From a virus: a stretch of 64,000 nucleotides of DNA. The notes below the pieces were generated by a model that was not told where the DNA came from, made no database searches, and saw only the letters and a list, made by a program, of their open reading frames with translations. The position numbers and the translations under genes are program-made. Shown in pieces: positions 36,865 to 45,476 of the stretch (the stretch's first letter is position 1; each line of letters starts with the position of its first letter). The stretch lies in IMG/VR virus record IMGVR_UViG_3300037427_004270; one strand, 5' to 3'.

Positions 36865-37779
36865 TTATTCTGCGTCGGTGAATGTAACGATTGTTCCGTC
36901 ATCAAGCTGCAGGCTAGCTAGCCAGTCTATATCACCGTTCTGATCTCTTTGAATTGGGGAGTCATCTCCAGTAAAAAGATCTCTCATACTTTTTGTGCCC
37001 TTTTCAATTGTAGCTTTTGCGTCTCTGCCATAGGATTTCTCAACATGAGATTCTGCGGCCTCTACACTAGGAAACGTGGTTGGTGTATTTGCTTGTGCAC
37101 CTGTGCCGAATAGGGATGCAGCCATTATGCCGCCTATCACCAGAGGAACACCAAGTTTCCTTTTCAGAGAGCTAACAAATTGCTTTGCTCCCTCATTTAA
37201 ATGTAAATCATATTCTTCAAGGAGAGTATCTATTTCTTCTTCCAATAGTTGCTCGTCCAATTGCTTTGAGAATCTTTCGATGATGTCTTCTTCGCGCATT
37301 GCTTGAGTGGTTGAAGCACGATCTGTCCTTGTTTTGCTGGGCACTGTGTCTGCACCACTCTTAACGCCCGGCATTGAACGAGTATTTTCATCATCGTCAT
37401 CATATATGTCATCTAGTGTGGCTTTTGGTAAAGTATCTGTGATGTTCTTTGCCATGATCTTCTGGACGCCTGGATCAAAGATGATACCCTTAACAATCTT
37501 TTCAATTGTTTTTATCATCTCTGGGGTTACTTTGTTTTTTCTGAATTTGTCAAGAAAACTAGATTTTTTAGCATCGTCTGGTGTGACACTTTTCACTGCT
37601 TGATCTACAGTGTTCATTCTTGAGTCTTTCGACTGCTTTTTAAGGAGTGCGCGGTAAACTTTTGGATCGTTTGGATCTAAGCCCTGACGCTTGAGGGCCG
37701 CTATTCCTGCGGGACTAAAGTTTATCCCGTCTCCTGGAGCTTCTTGTACTCTTCCTCTTTTAACAATAACCTTTTTCAT
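36865..37779 (-). CDS. Hypothetical protein, possibly capsid-internal (304 aa)
   Basis: Low complexity; clustered L/M-x-E motifs (MREE, LLEE, LNEG); late hydrophobic segment. Confidence 0.65.
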   Translation of the reverse strand: MKKVIVKRGRVQEAPGDGINFSPAGIAALKRQGLDPNDPKVYRALLKKQSKDSRMNTVDQAVKSVTPDDAKKSSFLDKFRKNKVTPEMIKTIEKIVKGIIFDPGVQKIMAKNITDTLPKATLDDIYDDDDENTRSMPGVKSGADTVPSKTRTDRASTTQAMREEDIIERFSKQLDEQLLEEEIDTLLEEYDLHLNEGAKQFVSSLKRKLGVPLVIGGIMAASLFGTGAQANTPTTFPSVEAAESHVEKSYGRDAKATIEKGTKSMRDLFTGDDSPIQRDQNGDIDWLASLQLDDGTIVTFTDAE

Positions 37780-37808
37780 ATCTCACCTCGATATTATATA
37801 TAGAAGCT

Positions 37809-39212
37809 TTATTCTGAAAAATACTTTATCTTTGGCATGCCAGTATATTTACAAGCTTCCTCCAGGGCAGCTCTTAGCATTTGTTCTCTCTTTTTGGGAT
37901 CTTTCCAGTCCTCTTTCATTGACGGAGATAATGTTCGTAGTGGGTCAACATATGTAAATAATTTACCTCGCTTTACAGCAGGTGCCTTAAATACTGATAT
38001 GCCAGTTTTTCGGTCGTAATGTTCGTAGCTGTGTGCATCTCTTTTTCCGCCACCGCCCATTGTATCCACAATAAACAAAGGAACATTAAAGCCTGCAGTA
38101 GAACCTCGGACTTCTTTCTCTAGGTCAATAGCTGTTTGGACTGTGGTTCTAAGATCTTCCGTTCCTCTAACCAAGTCGTGTACATAAACATAATATGGAT
38201 GCACATTGATGTAACTTAGTTTCTTAATTAAGTCTCCCATGAGTTCTGGAGTGTCGTTTACTCCTGCCTGTAATACCGTTTGGTTGCGAACAGTGATACC
38301 CCTCTCAAATAATAGGTTCATGGCATCCTGAGAAATACCCGTCACTTCGTTTGGGGTATTGAAGTGAGTATGTATAACAACTTCTTTGTGAAGCTTTCTA
38401 CCTCTCTCCACGATTTCAGTTACTGCGTCCGTCCATTCTGTGTCAGTTAAGATCTTCATAGGCTGAATGGCCAGACCCTTAGTGGCAAAGCGGAATCTCC
38501 TGACATGTGGAATATCTAACAATGCATGGCCCAACTCAAGAACTTGGCTTGGCTTTAAACGATACATGTCGCCACCGCTGATGACAATATCTTCTAGCTC
38601 TTTGCGTTCCTTAATATACTGAAACGCCTTGTCCCATCTTTCTTGGTTTGCTTTGAGCTGTACTTTCTCGACGGTATCTGTATCTAAGCCAACAGCATAG
38701 GAGCGAGTACAAAAACGACAATACACTGGGCATGTGTCCAGAGCTAGAAACAGGGCTTTGTCTGGGTATCTGTGAGTAAGGCCGTCAACAGGTGCATCGG
38801 CCTGCTCATGTAGTGAATCCAAAGTTAGGAGAGGGTGGTCTTCTTCTAGTTGAGAGCCCACTGGAAGGAATTGCCTTCGTATAGGGTCTGTGTAGGGGTT
38901 TTCCCAATCAATGAGAGAAAGCAAATAGGGAGATATTCGAACTGCCATAGGTGCAGCACCAAAGCCAGCTTTGACATCTTCAATAAACTCTTCTGATACA
39001 ATATCCTGAACTGCTGCTATGAGCTTCTTTGGTTTTGTGATAGCATTTCTCTCTTGCCACTTATGGCTCAAGAAAGTTTCTTCATCTATCTCTTTCCAAG
39101 CTGGTATTCTCTGCCAGAAGGCATCTCTCCTTAAATTTCTCCACGAAAGACTCTGTTCCGAAACTTTTGGCTTTAAGTGATTTACCTTCTCTTCTACTAT
39201 CTTCAAACTCAT
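37809..39212 (-). CDS. kamA: Lysine 2,3-aminomutase (KamA/EpmB family radical SAM enzyme)
   Basis: LTHRYPDK, CPVYCRFCTR (CxxxCxxC), ISGGD, HFNTP, NQTVL..GVND, PYY, GGGGK (PLP lysine). GGAGG ribosome-binding site before the ATG at 39212. Confidence 0.92.
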   Translation of the reverse strand: MSLKIVEEKVNHLKPKVSEQSLSWRNLRRDAFWQRIPAWKEIDEETFLSHKWQERNAITKPKKLIAAVQDIVSEEFIEDVKAGFGAAPMAVRISPYLLSLIDWENPYTDPIRRQFLPVGSQLEEDHPLLTLDSLHEQADAPVDGLTHRYPDKALFLALDTCPVYCRFCTRSYAVGLDTDTVEKVQLKANQERWDKAFQYIKERKELEDIVISGGDMYRLKPSQVLELGHALLDIPHVRRFRFATKGLAIQPMKILTDTEWTDAVTEIVERGRKLHKEVVIHTHFNTPNEVTGISQDAMNLLFERGITVRNQTVLQAGVNDTPELMGDLIKKLSYINVHPYYVYVHDLVRGTEDLRTTVQTAIDLEKEVRGSTAGFNVPLFIVDTMGGGGKRDAHSYEHYDRKTGISVFKAPAVKRGKLFTYVDPLRTLSPSMKEDWKDPKKREQMLRAALEEACKYTGMPKIKYFSE

Positions 39213-39232
39213 AAGGGCCTCCAACATTGCAC

Positions 39233-39261
39233 ATTATATCATACATAGCATTTTTTGTAAA
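39233..39261 (-). promoter_or_regulatory. Sigma70 promoter TTTACA-17-(TGn)TATAAT for kamA
   Basis: The -35 element lies in the U-tract of the upstream terminator; extended -10. Confidence 0.75.
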
Positions 39262-39286
39262 AAAAAAGAGCCCCTTTCGGGGCTCT
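39259..39286 (-). terminator. Rho-independent terminator after the beta-barrel gene
   Basis: GAGCCCC-GAAA-GGGGCTC stem followed by 9 T on the minus strand. Confidence 0.9.
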
Positions 39287-39308
39287 CTTGCTTCTAAGGG
39301 CCGAAAGC

Positions 39309-39950
39309 TTAGAAGTTAATTCCCGCCGACAGTGTAACAACGTTTGCGTCGTCACCTTCGGTATTCTGTTGACGGAAGTATTCTGCACGAACACTAACGC
39401 CTGCGCCCACTTCTGTTGACGCTCCGGCAAGGATGCGGTTCTCTGATACACCGTCTTGGTTAACGTGTACTTCATCGCCCACGGATACATCAACGGTTGC
39501 GATCTTTAAGTCCAAAGACTTTGTGAGCATAATTTGCTCACGAACTCGCATTTGTTCTGTGCCAACGGCAGTAACGTCGCCATGCTCATCTAGTTGCAGG
39601 CGCAGTCTGTTGGCTAATGTAATACCGAGTGGTAATGCCACATCGTTATTTACATCTAAAGAAACTCGGTTCTCTGATGTGCCATTAGTATTAGTGTTTC
39701 GGATGCGTAACTGTAAATCCATATTCTCAGTTAAGTCACGAGACACTGCGAACACGGTGTGTTCATAACCAGCGGCCTTCGTAACCATGTCCTCACTAAT
39801 GCTTAGATCATGGCGAACTTGCTCTTCTGCTGAGAGTGTAAAGCCGCCAAGCTTTGCAGATCCAGCGGTAGCTTCCAAACGAAGTTCGTCTGCATAACTA
39901 ACGCTACTTACCAAAAACGCCATAACGGTCGCTAATAGTGCTTTTTTCAT
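39309..39950 (-). CDS. Outer-membrane beta-barrel protein (DUF2490-like)
   Basis: Signal peptide MKKALLATVMAFLVSSVSYA, alternating amphipathic beta-strands, C-terminal Phe (LSAGINF), AAGGAG ribosome-binding site. Confidence 0.8.
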   Translation of the reverse strand: MKKALLATVMAFLVSSVSYADELRLEATAGSAKLGGFTLSAEEQVRHDLSISEDMVTKAAGYEHTVFAVSRDLTENMDLQLRIRNTNTNGTSENRVSLDVNNDVALPLGITLANRLRLQLDEHGDVTAVGTEQMRVREQIMLTKSLDLKIATVDVSVGDEVHVNQDGVSENRILAGASTEVGAGVSVRAEYFRQQNTEGDDANVVTLSAGINF

Positions 39951-40005
39951 AGTTTTCTCCTTTTCATTCACCCGCTTAATTGCGGAGTGATGTTAAGTTG
40001 ATATA

Positions 40006-40034
40006 ATTCTATCACGGTTCGTATATTATGTCAA
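40006..40034 (-). promoter_or_regulatory. Sigma70 promoter TTGACA-17-(TGn)TAGAAT
   Basis: Near-consensus with extended -10, upstream of the beta-barrel gene. Confidence 0.85.
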
Positions 40035-40096
40035 GGGGTGTATCTAAAGTAAAACTTTAACTTTGACGCAATGGGTCATACGAGGAGAAAAAGTGT

Positions 40097-40142
40097 AATA
40101 AAAACAAGCATTTAGGATGGTTTGTAAGTACTTGTTTTTATT
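40097..40142. repeat. Perfect 12-bp inverted repeat AATAAAAACAAG-N22-CTTGTTTTTATT
   Basis: Read directly in the intergenic gap. Confidence 0.8.
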
Positions 40143-40149
40143 GCGTTTT

Positions 40150-41229
40150 TTACCACTTTCTACAAGACCAATATCTAGCTTTTGTCTTAGGTCCTGGATT
40201 CTTGCAATTGTGACGGGCTCTAAAGCTCTTTCTTCTTTTTGGGTTTGACTTTTTAATTTTCATTCCCTTTTGTCCGAAGTTTACTTTCTTGACGTTTCCT
40301 GTCTTTGGATCTTTCACATAAACTTTGAATTTCTTAACGTCGCCGCGCATAGGCTTGTTGAGCTTTACTTTGCGTCCTTGGTACTCTGCTTCAGCAACAA
40401 CGTCGTCCCAGAACTCCATGTTCTCTTCAACAGGAGTGCCGTCATCATAAGTAGCGTCAGAGATATGATAATAAGTTTCCAACATTCTGAACTGTTCGTC
40501 TTTTAAAATTTCCGCTACGACTCTAGCGATAAAGTTTTGTTCGTTTTGCATCTCAATCGACTCCTTTTTCTTTCCCCACTTTTTTCCTTTTCCCTTTGTC
40601 CCACACGCTGATGGCGTTGGTCGGCAGGATGGATATTTAGATCTTTTTTCTCCATCTTTTCTTCCGCAAGACTTGCAGGTCTTTCTTCCCGTCTTCTTGT
40701 CTTTCCTGCAGGTGTTGCAGTCAACCCAGCCTTTGCTTTTACCTTTCCCGCCTTGGCGAGAAAACCAACCATGAAGGCCATCTTTCTTTTCTTTGGAATA
40801 GTCTGTCTTGGCTTTCTTCTTTTTTACTTTTCTCTTCTTTTTCTTTTCTTCGATGCTCTTTCTTATTTCTTTCTTTATTTTAACTGGTTCTGCTTGTGCG
40901 CCTCTACCAAAAAACTTTTGCCTCATACCTACTGATAGAGTATCCTCGCCAGAAAGAACTGATGCTAAATAATCAATGCTGGCGTCGAGGTCTTCGAGGG
41001 TGTCTAGCTTGTTACTAATTTGCCTTAACAGGTTTAGCTCTTCTGTGTTCTCTTCTGTCTCTTCGACTTCTTTGATACCTTTCCAAATTTTACCTTGTCG
41101 GCATTTTACAACAGCTCCGGAAGCATAAGCGGATGGCCACACATCATATTTTCTTTTAGCAATACGAGTGCATCTATCTGATTTTTTCTTTTTTACTTTA
41201 CGCTTTTTCTTTTCTTCGATATCACTCAT
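40150..41229 (-). CDS. Lys/Cys-rich modular basic protein (DUF5872- and DUF6321-like modules), probably capsid-internal (359 aa)
   Basis: Modules KYDVWPSAYASGAVVKCR, GWVDCNTC..CKSC..YPSCRP and AEYQGRKVKLNKP..RKSFRARHNC..ARYWSC, separated by acidic x-x-E linkers. Confidence 0.65.
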   Translation of the reverse strand: MSDIEEKKKRKVKKKKSDRCTRIAKRKYDVWPSAYASGAVVKCRQGKIWKGIKEVEETEENTEELNLLRQISNKLDTLEDLDASIDYLASVLSGEDTLSVGMRQKFFGRGAQAEPVKIKKEIRKSIEEKKKKRKVKKKKAKTDYSKEKKDGLHGWFSRQGGKGKSKGWVDCNTCRKDKKTGRKTCKSCGRKDGEKRSKYPSCRPTPSACGTKGKGKKWGKKKESIEMQNEQNFIARVVAEILKDEQFRMLETYYHISDATYDDGTPVEENMEFWDDVVAEAEYQGRKVKLNKPMRGDVKKFKVYVKDPKTGNVKKVNFGQKGMKIKKSNPKRRKSFRARHNCKNPGPKTKARYWSCRKW

Positions 41230-41396
41230 TTTTTCTTGCCTCTTTTCTTAACCTTTTTTTCCACTTGCTCTAAACGCACTTTTATAAGTTCGTTATCAAT
41301 TTCAAGCTGGCGTATAGTAGTCAACTGATATGTCATAACTCCCACAACAAGCGTTGTGACGAGTGCAGTGGCTACTTTTGTAAGATCTATATGCAT
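41226..41396 (-). CDS. Small membrane/coiled-coil protein (56 aa), absent from the ORF track
   Basis: MHIDLTKVATALVTTLVVGVMTYQLTTIRQLEIDNELIKVRLEQVEKKVKKRGKKK; ATGA overlap with the next gene; CTATTTA 4 nt upstream. Confidence 0.75.
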   Translation of the reverse strand: MHIDLTKVATALVTTLVVGVMTYQLTTIRQLEIDNELIKVRLEQVEKKVKKRGKKK

Positions 41397-41400
41397 ACAA

Positions 41401-41407
41401 TAAATAG
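41401..41407 (-). promoter_or_regulatory. CTATTTA candidate late-promoter motif
   Basis: 4 nt before the ATG at 41396. Confidence 0.5.
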
Positions 41408-41446
41408 ATGCGTATTTCTTAAAGTATTTGGTTGTTGTTTATTTTT

Positions 41447-41632
41447 TTAATATAAGATGCCGATGATCATACATTCAGACAAGGTATGTGATGATTTCGA
41501 GACACATTCAGCAAACAAGATAAGAGACTCCGCGATAACTTTCACTACTAAGGCCCCGAGGATAGCACCAACCGTCACTCTCCCTATCCCTGCAGCTAAG
41601 GCTGGCCTGCATATGTCTATCAGCTTTTTCAT
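41447..41632 (-). CDS. Small hydrophobic protein (61 aa)
   Basis: Hydrophobic ORF filling the gap; CTATATA 6 nt upstream. Confidence 0.5.
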   Translation of the reverse strand: MKKLIDICRPALAAGIGRVTVGAILGALVVKVIAESLILFAECVSKSSHTLSECMIIGILY

Positions 41633-41649
41633 GCAGAGTATATAGGGTC

Positions 41650-42042
41650 TTATTCTTTAAAATATTTACCTGGACTATATTTCTTTAGAAGTCTAGACCA
41701 AGCTTCTTCTTTTAATCCTAAGAAGTCTCTGGCATCGTTTAAAGAATTACATTTGCTGAGGGCATATAAGATAATTGATTCATTAACAATATCTCTGACA
41801 GCATTCCAAATATTAAAGCCAAAATACTTGCCATGACACTTCTTAGTAGTTAATTCTAATTTAAGAGAGATCAATTCTTCTAGACTTAAAGAATTAATAG
41901 CTATCTCTACTTTTTCATCAATTACATTATCAGCATAGAGTTTGTTTCTAACTGAGTAATCTTTATTTAATCCTTGAGTGTGCTTAGATCTAATCATAAC
42001 TGCTTTAGTGCTTAGGCATAGTGCATTGCCTCGCCCACCCAC
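41650..42042 (-). CDS. Hypothetical protein with a possible C-terminal Fis-type HTH; start may be the ATG at 41997
   Basis: SLNDARDFLGLKEEAWSRLLKKY resembles the Fis HTH (AxxLGIxRxTLxxKLKKY). Confidence 0.55.
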   Translation of the reverse strand: MGGRGNALCLSTKAVMIRSKHTQGLNKDYSVRNKLYADNVIDEKVEIAINSLSLEELISLKLELTTKKCHGKYFGFNIWNAVRDIVNESIILYALSKCNSLNDARDFLGLKEEAWSRLLKKYSPGKYFKE

Positions 42043-42085
42043 ACCCTAAGCTTAATATAGAATATAAAATTAATTAAGTAACGAT

Positions 42086-42952
42086 TTATAAATTATCTAA
42101 ATCAAGTTCAGGTTCTTCTTCAGCAGGCTCTTCAGTAGGTTCTTCTTCAGTACCTAAGTCATCTAAATTTAGATCCCCTAATCCTGCATCGTCTTCACCA
42201 GCAGATCCCAAGCCAATATCACCACTAGAAACTTCTTTTTCTGCATCGTCATATTCAGGATTTGTTGGTTCATCTACGCTAGTTGAGAGCTCATCTTCAA
42301 ATCTATCAAAATATAATTTTAAGTTTGCAGTCAAATAGTCGTAGAATAGATCACTGTCAGAGGGATCAGCTAAGAGCTTGTAGGAGTCCAAGATGTTTTT
42401 TTCAATTTTCTGGAATGTAACCATTGCAAAGTTACGACCAGTTTCATCAGCACCAGAGATGCCAAAAGAATCAGCGTCCTGCTTCTTACCGCCACTCGTT
42501 GTGATGTCGGGCTTTGTTTTTCCGTATATGTCAATGAACTTATTTAAGATGTTTTCATCTTCAACTTCATCTTCCATCACGACAGATGCATCTTCAGAGA
42601 GGCCAGACCTTTCCATACCAATTTCAGGCAACAATAAGTTTTGGACAGCCTTTACAATGTGTGCCCTAAAAGATTCCCTCTGTTCAGAGCTGGAGGTTAA
42701 AGTTTTAAAGTCTTGTTCGAGGACAGGAATAATTTTCTTTAATAATTTCTCTAGCTCGTTGATACCAGTGTTTTTGTGCGGAGAATTCTCTACATCTTCA
42801 GCAACCATCTTCTTGATGGCTTTTCTAATTTCTGTCTCGCTGATAAGCTTCTGTAAAACTTCTACATCTTTTTCAGCAAACTTCTTTGCGACAGATTCTC
42901 TAATAGCTTTACGAAGGTATATTTCTTCGTGCATGTCTTTTCTACTAAGCAT
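42086..42952 (-). CDS. Acidic hypothetical protein, probably capsid-internal/core (288 aa)
   Basis: Very acidic C-terminal tail; x-x-E motifs. Confidence 0.7.
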   Translation of the reverse strand: MLSRKDMHEEIYLRKAIRESVAKKFAEKDVEVLQKLISETEIRKAIKKMVAEDVENSPHKNTGINELEKLLKKIIPVLEQDFKTLTSSSEQRESFRAHIVKAVQNLLLPEIGMERSGLSEDASVVMEDEVEDENILNKFIDIYGKTKPDITTSGGKKQDADSFGISGADETGRNFAMVTFQKIEKNILDSYKLLADPSDSDLFYDYLTANLKLYFDRFEDELSTSVDEPTNPEYDDAEKEVSSGDIGLGSAGEDDAGLGDLNLDDLGTEEEPTEEPAEEEPELDLDNL

Positions 42953-45017
42953 TTTTACGTCTCCTTCGAACCTTTTTGGTGGCCTTACCGCTGTGCCCTA
43001 CAGCACTACCAATGGCCATTCCCGAAATTTCTTTAAGTTTTCTTTTTACAATTTTAATTTCTCTCTTCACCGGAACAACAGCGATCCCTTCAGCATCCTC
43101 CGGCTCGCTCTCTTCTTCAATACTGGCCCACCGTCTTCGTGTGGACGGATAAGCTTCGTTAACACATTGTAATACAATATCTTGTATTTCTTTACCTTCA
43201 ATAGTTAAAGCCTCATTCAGACCAATGTTAGATCTAAGCAAAGAAAATATTTCCATCGCATCGTCGCGCTTCGTTTTATCCTGGTAAATATCGGGCATCA
43301 TTTTTAAAAATGTTTCAAAGTCATCTTCCCGAACCGAGTTGCGAACATCGGTGGCTCTTGCAAAACGACCTGCGACAACTTGGTCTATAACAATATCGTC
43401 CCTGTCTTTTCCAGCATTATTGTATCTTCCGTCCTTGACATCATCTTCACCGATGACAAGAACAATGCGTGAGTTAGCCGGTGCATTATCAATATAGTCG
43501 TAAACAGCTTGTATAGGGGAAGGAACATCAGTTGTCATCAATTCATTATGAAAAAGGGGGATAATATCTCCCTGCAAACCATGATGCTCAACAAACAGTT
43601 CCCAAACCTGCCTTGAGAGCTCCGGAGAGAAGTTCTCATGCGTTTTCTCGGATATTGCCACTAACACCTCGTCCGTACTCTGCAAAGCCTTTAGAGCGGC
43701 GTCAAAGTGGCCTTTGTGTGGTGGCTTAAACTTACCTGGGAATAATGCGATGTTTAATGGTCTATCCGAACCTTCTTCTTTAATACTTTTAGGGTCTACC
43801 TTTTTGGTTCTACCAAACTTTAAGATACCGAGTATTTGGTTTACGGGTGCAAAGTTTCCGGTAAACTTATATACGTTTCCTTTATAATTGAAAACAAAGC
43901 CCTCCGACGCAGTGGTGATATTGTCGAAGTCTTTAATTTTTGAAAGTTGCTTTCTTAGGATATTAAGCTCGCCTTCGTCATTAGCTGACGTGATGGCATC
44001 TATTGCTTGTTTCAATTGCTTCTTTAATCTTTTTACCTCTGCTCTGTTGTCAAGGACATACATGCTATTGAGGTTCTTTAACATCTCTACGGCAAAATCA
44101 TGAATAGTATCTTCTAGTGGATAAACAATCCCACTTAGCATCTTGGGGGATTCTTTAATAAAGTCTTTAACTGCGCTGCGAACACCAACATCATCCTTTG
44201 GGATCATTTTCATTATTTGTGGAATACCTGCGCCTTTTACCTTAAAGACTCTTCTAATAACCTCGACACGAACATCATCTTCAATGCCCGGTATTGCTTC
44301 CCTTAATTTCTCATCCACGTTCTTTACCATGAAATCACCAACAGTGTCTCCATCGCTAAGGTTGTTTCTGTCTAGCAAGCTATCTATCCTATCAAGAGCC
44401 TTATCCAAGTGTTTGCCGTCGGACAATGCTTTGAGTCGTATATAGGCGCTCACATGTACCTCATGTTCTCCCTGCTGGCCAAGCTCTCCTACCTTGTTGA
44501 GGATATTCTCGATGGTGGCAATATTATCATCATTCTCTAGCGGAGTCATTTCTTTTGTCTTGGGATCAATACGAACATGACCACTTCTATGTAATGTAAT
44601 ATATTTTCCGCCCAAGTTTACAACATTAGCAGTTCTTGGGTCCATTATTTCAACACTATAGAATTTGTCAGCATCACGTCCAAAGACTTTTCTCTGGGCC
44701 GAGTATGGAAGACTTCTACAGAAGTTCTCGAAAGCTGCAAGAGCCTCGGAAAAAGTAAACTCTAAGTCTCCTCTTCCCTTGAACTTATCCACTAGCTGGT
44801 CTACATCTAAGCCACCATCTTTTATATTGGATTTATTTCTAGCAGAAACAGCTTTATCTCTCGCAATAGAGTAAGATACAAACAGGTTCTGTCCATCTGT
44901 CTTTTCTGTACCAACAAGTTCACCCTGACTTGCTTTGCTGAAAAGTTCTTTTATCTCAGCGAATGTCAAATCAGGGTTATCATGTAGGTGCATCAAGTGA
45001 CCATAAAGTCCACCCAT
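42945..45017 (-). CDS. Fusion of an ATP-grasp ligase-like nucleotidyltransferase (DUF6267-like) and a HIGH-motif cytidylyltransferase-like domain (690 aa)
   Basis: EKTDG (KxDG motif I), EGFVF (motif IV), YKFTG (motif V), then FPGKFKPPHKGH (HxGH). Start at the ATG 45017 (TAATG overlap). Confidence 0.7.
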   Translation of the reverse strand: MGGLYGHLMHLHDNPDLTFAEIKELFSKASQGELVGTEKTDGQNLFVSYSIARDKAVSARNKSNIKDGGLDVDQLVDKFKGRGDLEFTFSEALAAFENFCRSLPYSAQRKVFGRDADKFYSVEIMDPRTANVVNLGGKYITLHRSGHVRIDPKTKEMTPLENDDNIATIENILNKVGELGQQGEHEVHVSAYIRLKALSDGKHLDKALDRIDSLLDRNNLSDGDTVGDFMVKNVDEKLREAIPGIEDDVRVEVIRRVFKVKGAGIPQIMKMIPKDDVGVRSAVKDFIKESPKMLSGIVYPLEDTIHDFAVEMLKNLNSMYVLDNRAEVKRLKKQLKQAIDAITSANDEGELNILRKQLSKIKDFDNITTASEGFVFNYKGNVYKFTGNFAPVNQILGILKFGRTKKVDPKSIKEEGSDRPLNIALFPGKFKPPHKGHFDAALKALQSTDEVLVAISEKTHENFSPELSRQVWELFVEHHGLQGDIIPLFHNELMTTDVPSPIQAVYDYIDNAPANSRIVLVIGEDDVKDGRYNNAGKDRDDIVIDQVVAGRFARATDVRNSVREDDFETFLKMMPDIYQDKTKRDDAMEIFSLLRSNIGLNEALTIEGKEIQDIVLQCVNEAYPSTRRRWASIEEESEPEDAEGIAVVPVKREIKIVKRKLKEISGMAIGSAVGHSGKATKKVRRRRKNA

Positions 45018-45265
45018 TACTTTTTCTCCTGCAGAGGTTTTTGCTCTTCCTCTAAGACCTTCACCCTCTCTTGAAGCCTCTTCGCATGCTTGCGACATTG
45101 CTTGATGCTTTCTTTCGCAACCGCAATCCTTCGAGCCTCTTGCTTGGAAGCAGGTCTAATACTAGAAAGAATTTCTCCGACATGTTGAATATATTCCAAC
45201 AAGCCAGGTTTGTCAAGTGACTCCCCCATGAGAAATCTTCTGGTCATCTTATCATAATCAATCAT
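45017..45265 (-). CDS. Hypothetical protein (82 aa)
   Basis: Tiled, coiled-coil C-terminus. Confidence 0.7.
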   Translation of the reverse strand: MIDYDKMTRRFLMGESLDKPGLLEYIQHVGEILSSIRPASKQEARRIAVAKESIKQCRKHAKRLQERVKVLEEEQKPLQEKK

Positions 45266-45476
45266 TAAGAATTTCCCTTATACTTCTAGCCTTCTTTTTG
45301 GGAGCTTCGACCACCTCTTCAACTACTTCTTCTTCTGCAGTCTCAACTTCGGCAACCTCTACGGGCTCCTCTACAACAACAACTCTCTTAGGAATAACCT
45401 CAGTTACTGTTTCTCTTTCTTGTTCTCTCAAGAGCATTGCTCTAGCTCTCTTCTTTCTTTGCTTTGGACTTGCCAT
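45258..45476 (-). CDS. Hypothetical protein with basic N-terminus and acidic core (72 aa)
   Basis: Tiled; GGTGGTG ribosome-binding site. Confidence 0.65.
   Translation of the reverse strand: MASPKQRKKRARAMLLREQERETVTEVIPKRVVVVEEPVEVAEVETAEEEVVEEVVEAPKKKARSIREILND

Noticed and set aside
42393-43172. 259-aa plus-strand ORF
   Set aside because: Antisense shadow of two well-supported minus-strand genes; Ser/Phe-rich composition typical of reverse frames.
45018-45098. 27-aa N-terminal extension of the 717-aa ORF (and similar extensions at 5287, 15817, 17631, 30148, 32235, 39227, 39971, 46770, 58350, 59412, 62085)
   Set aside because: They overlap upstream genes or ignore better-placed ribosome-binding sites and coupled starts; starts were reassigned.
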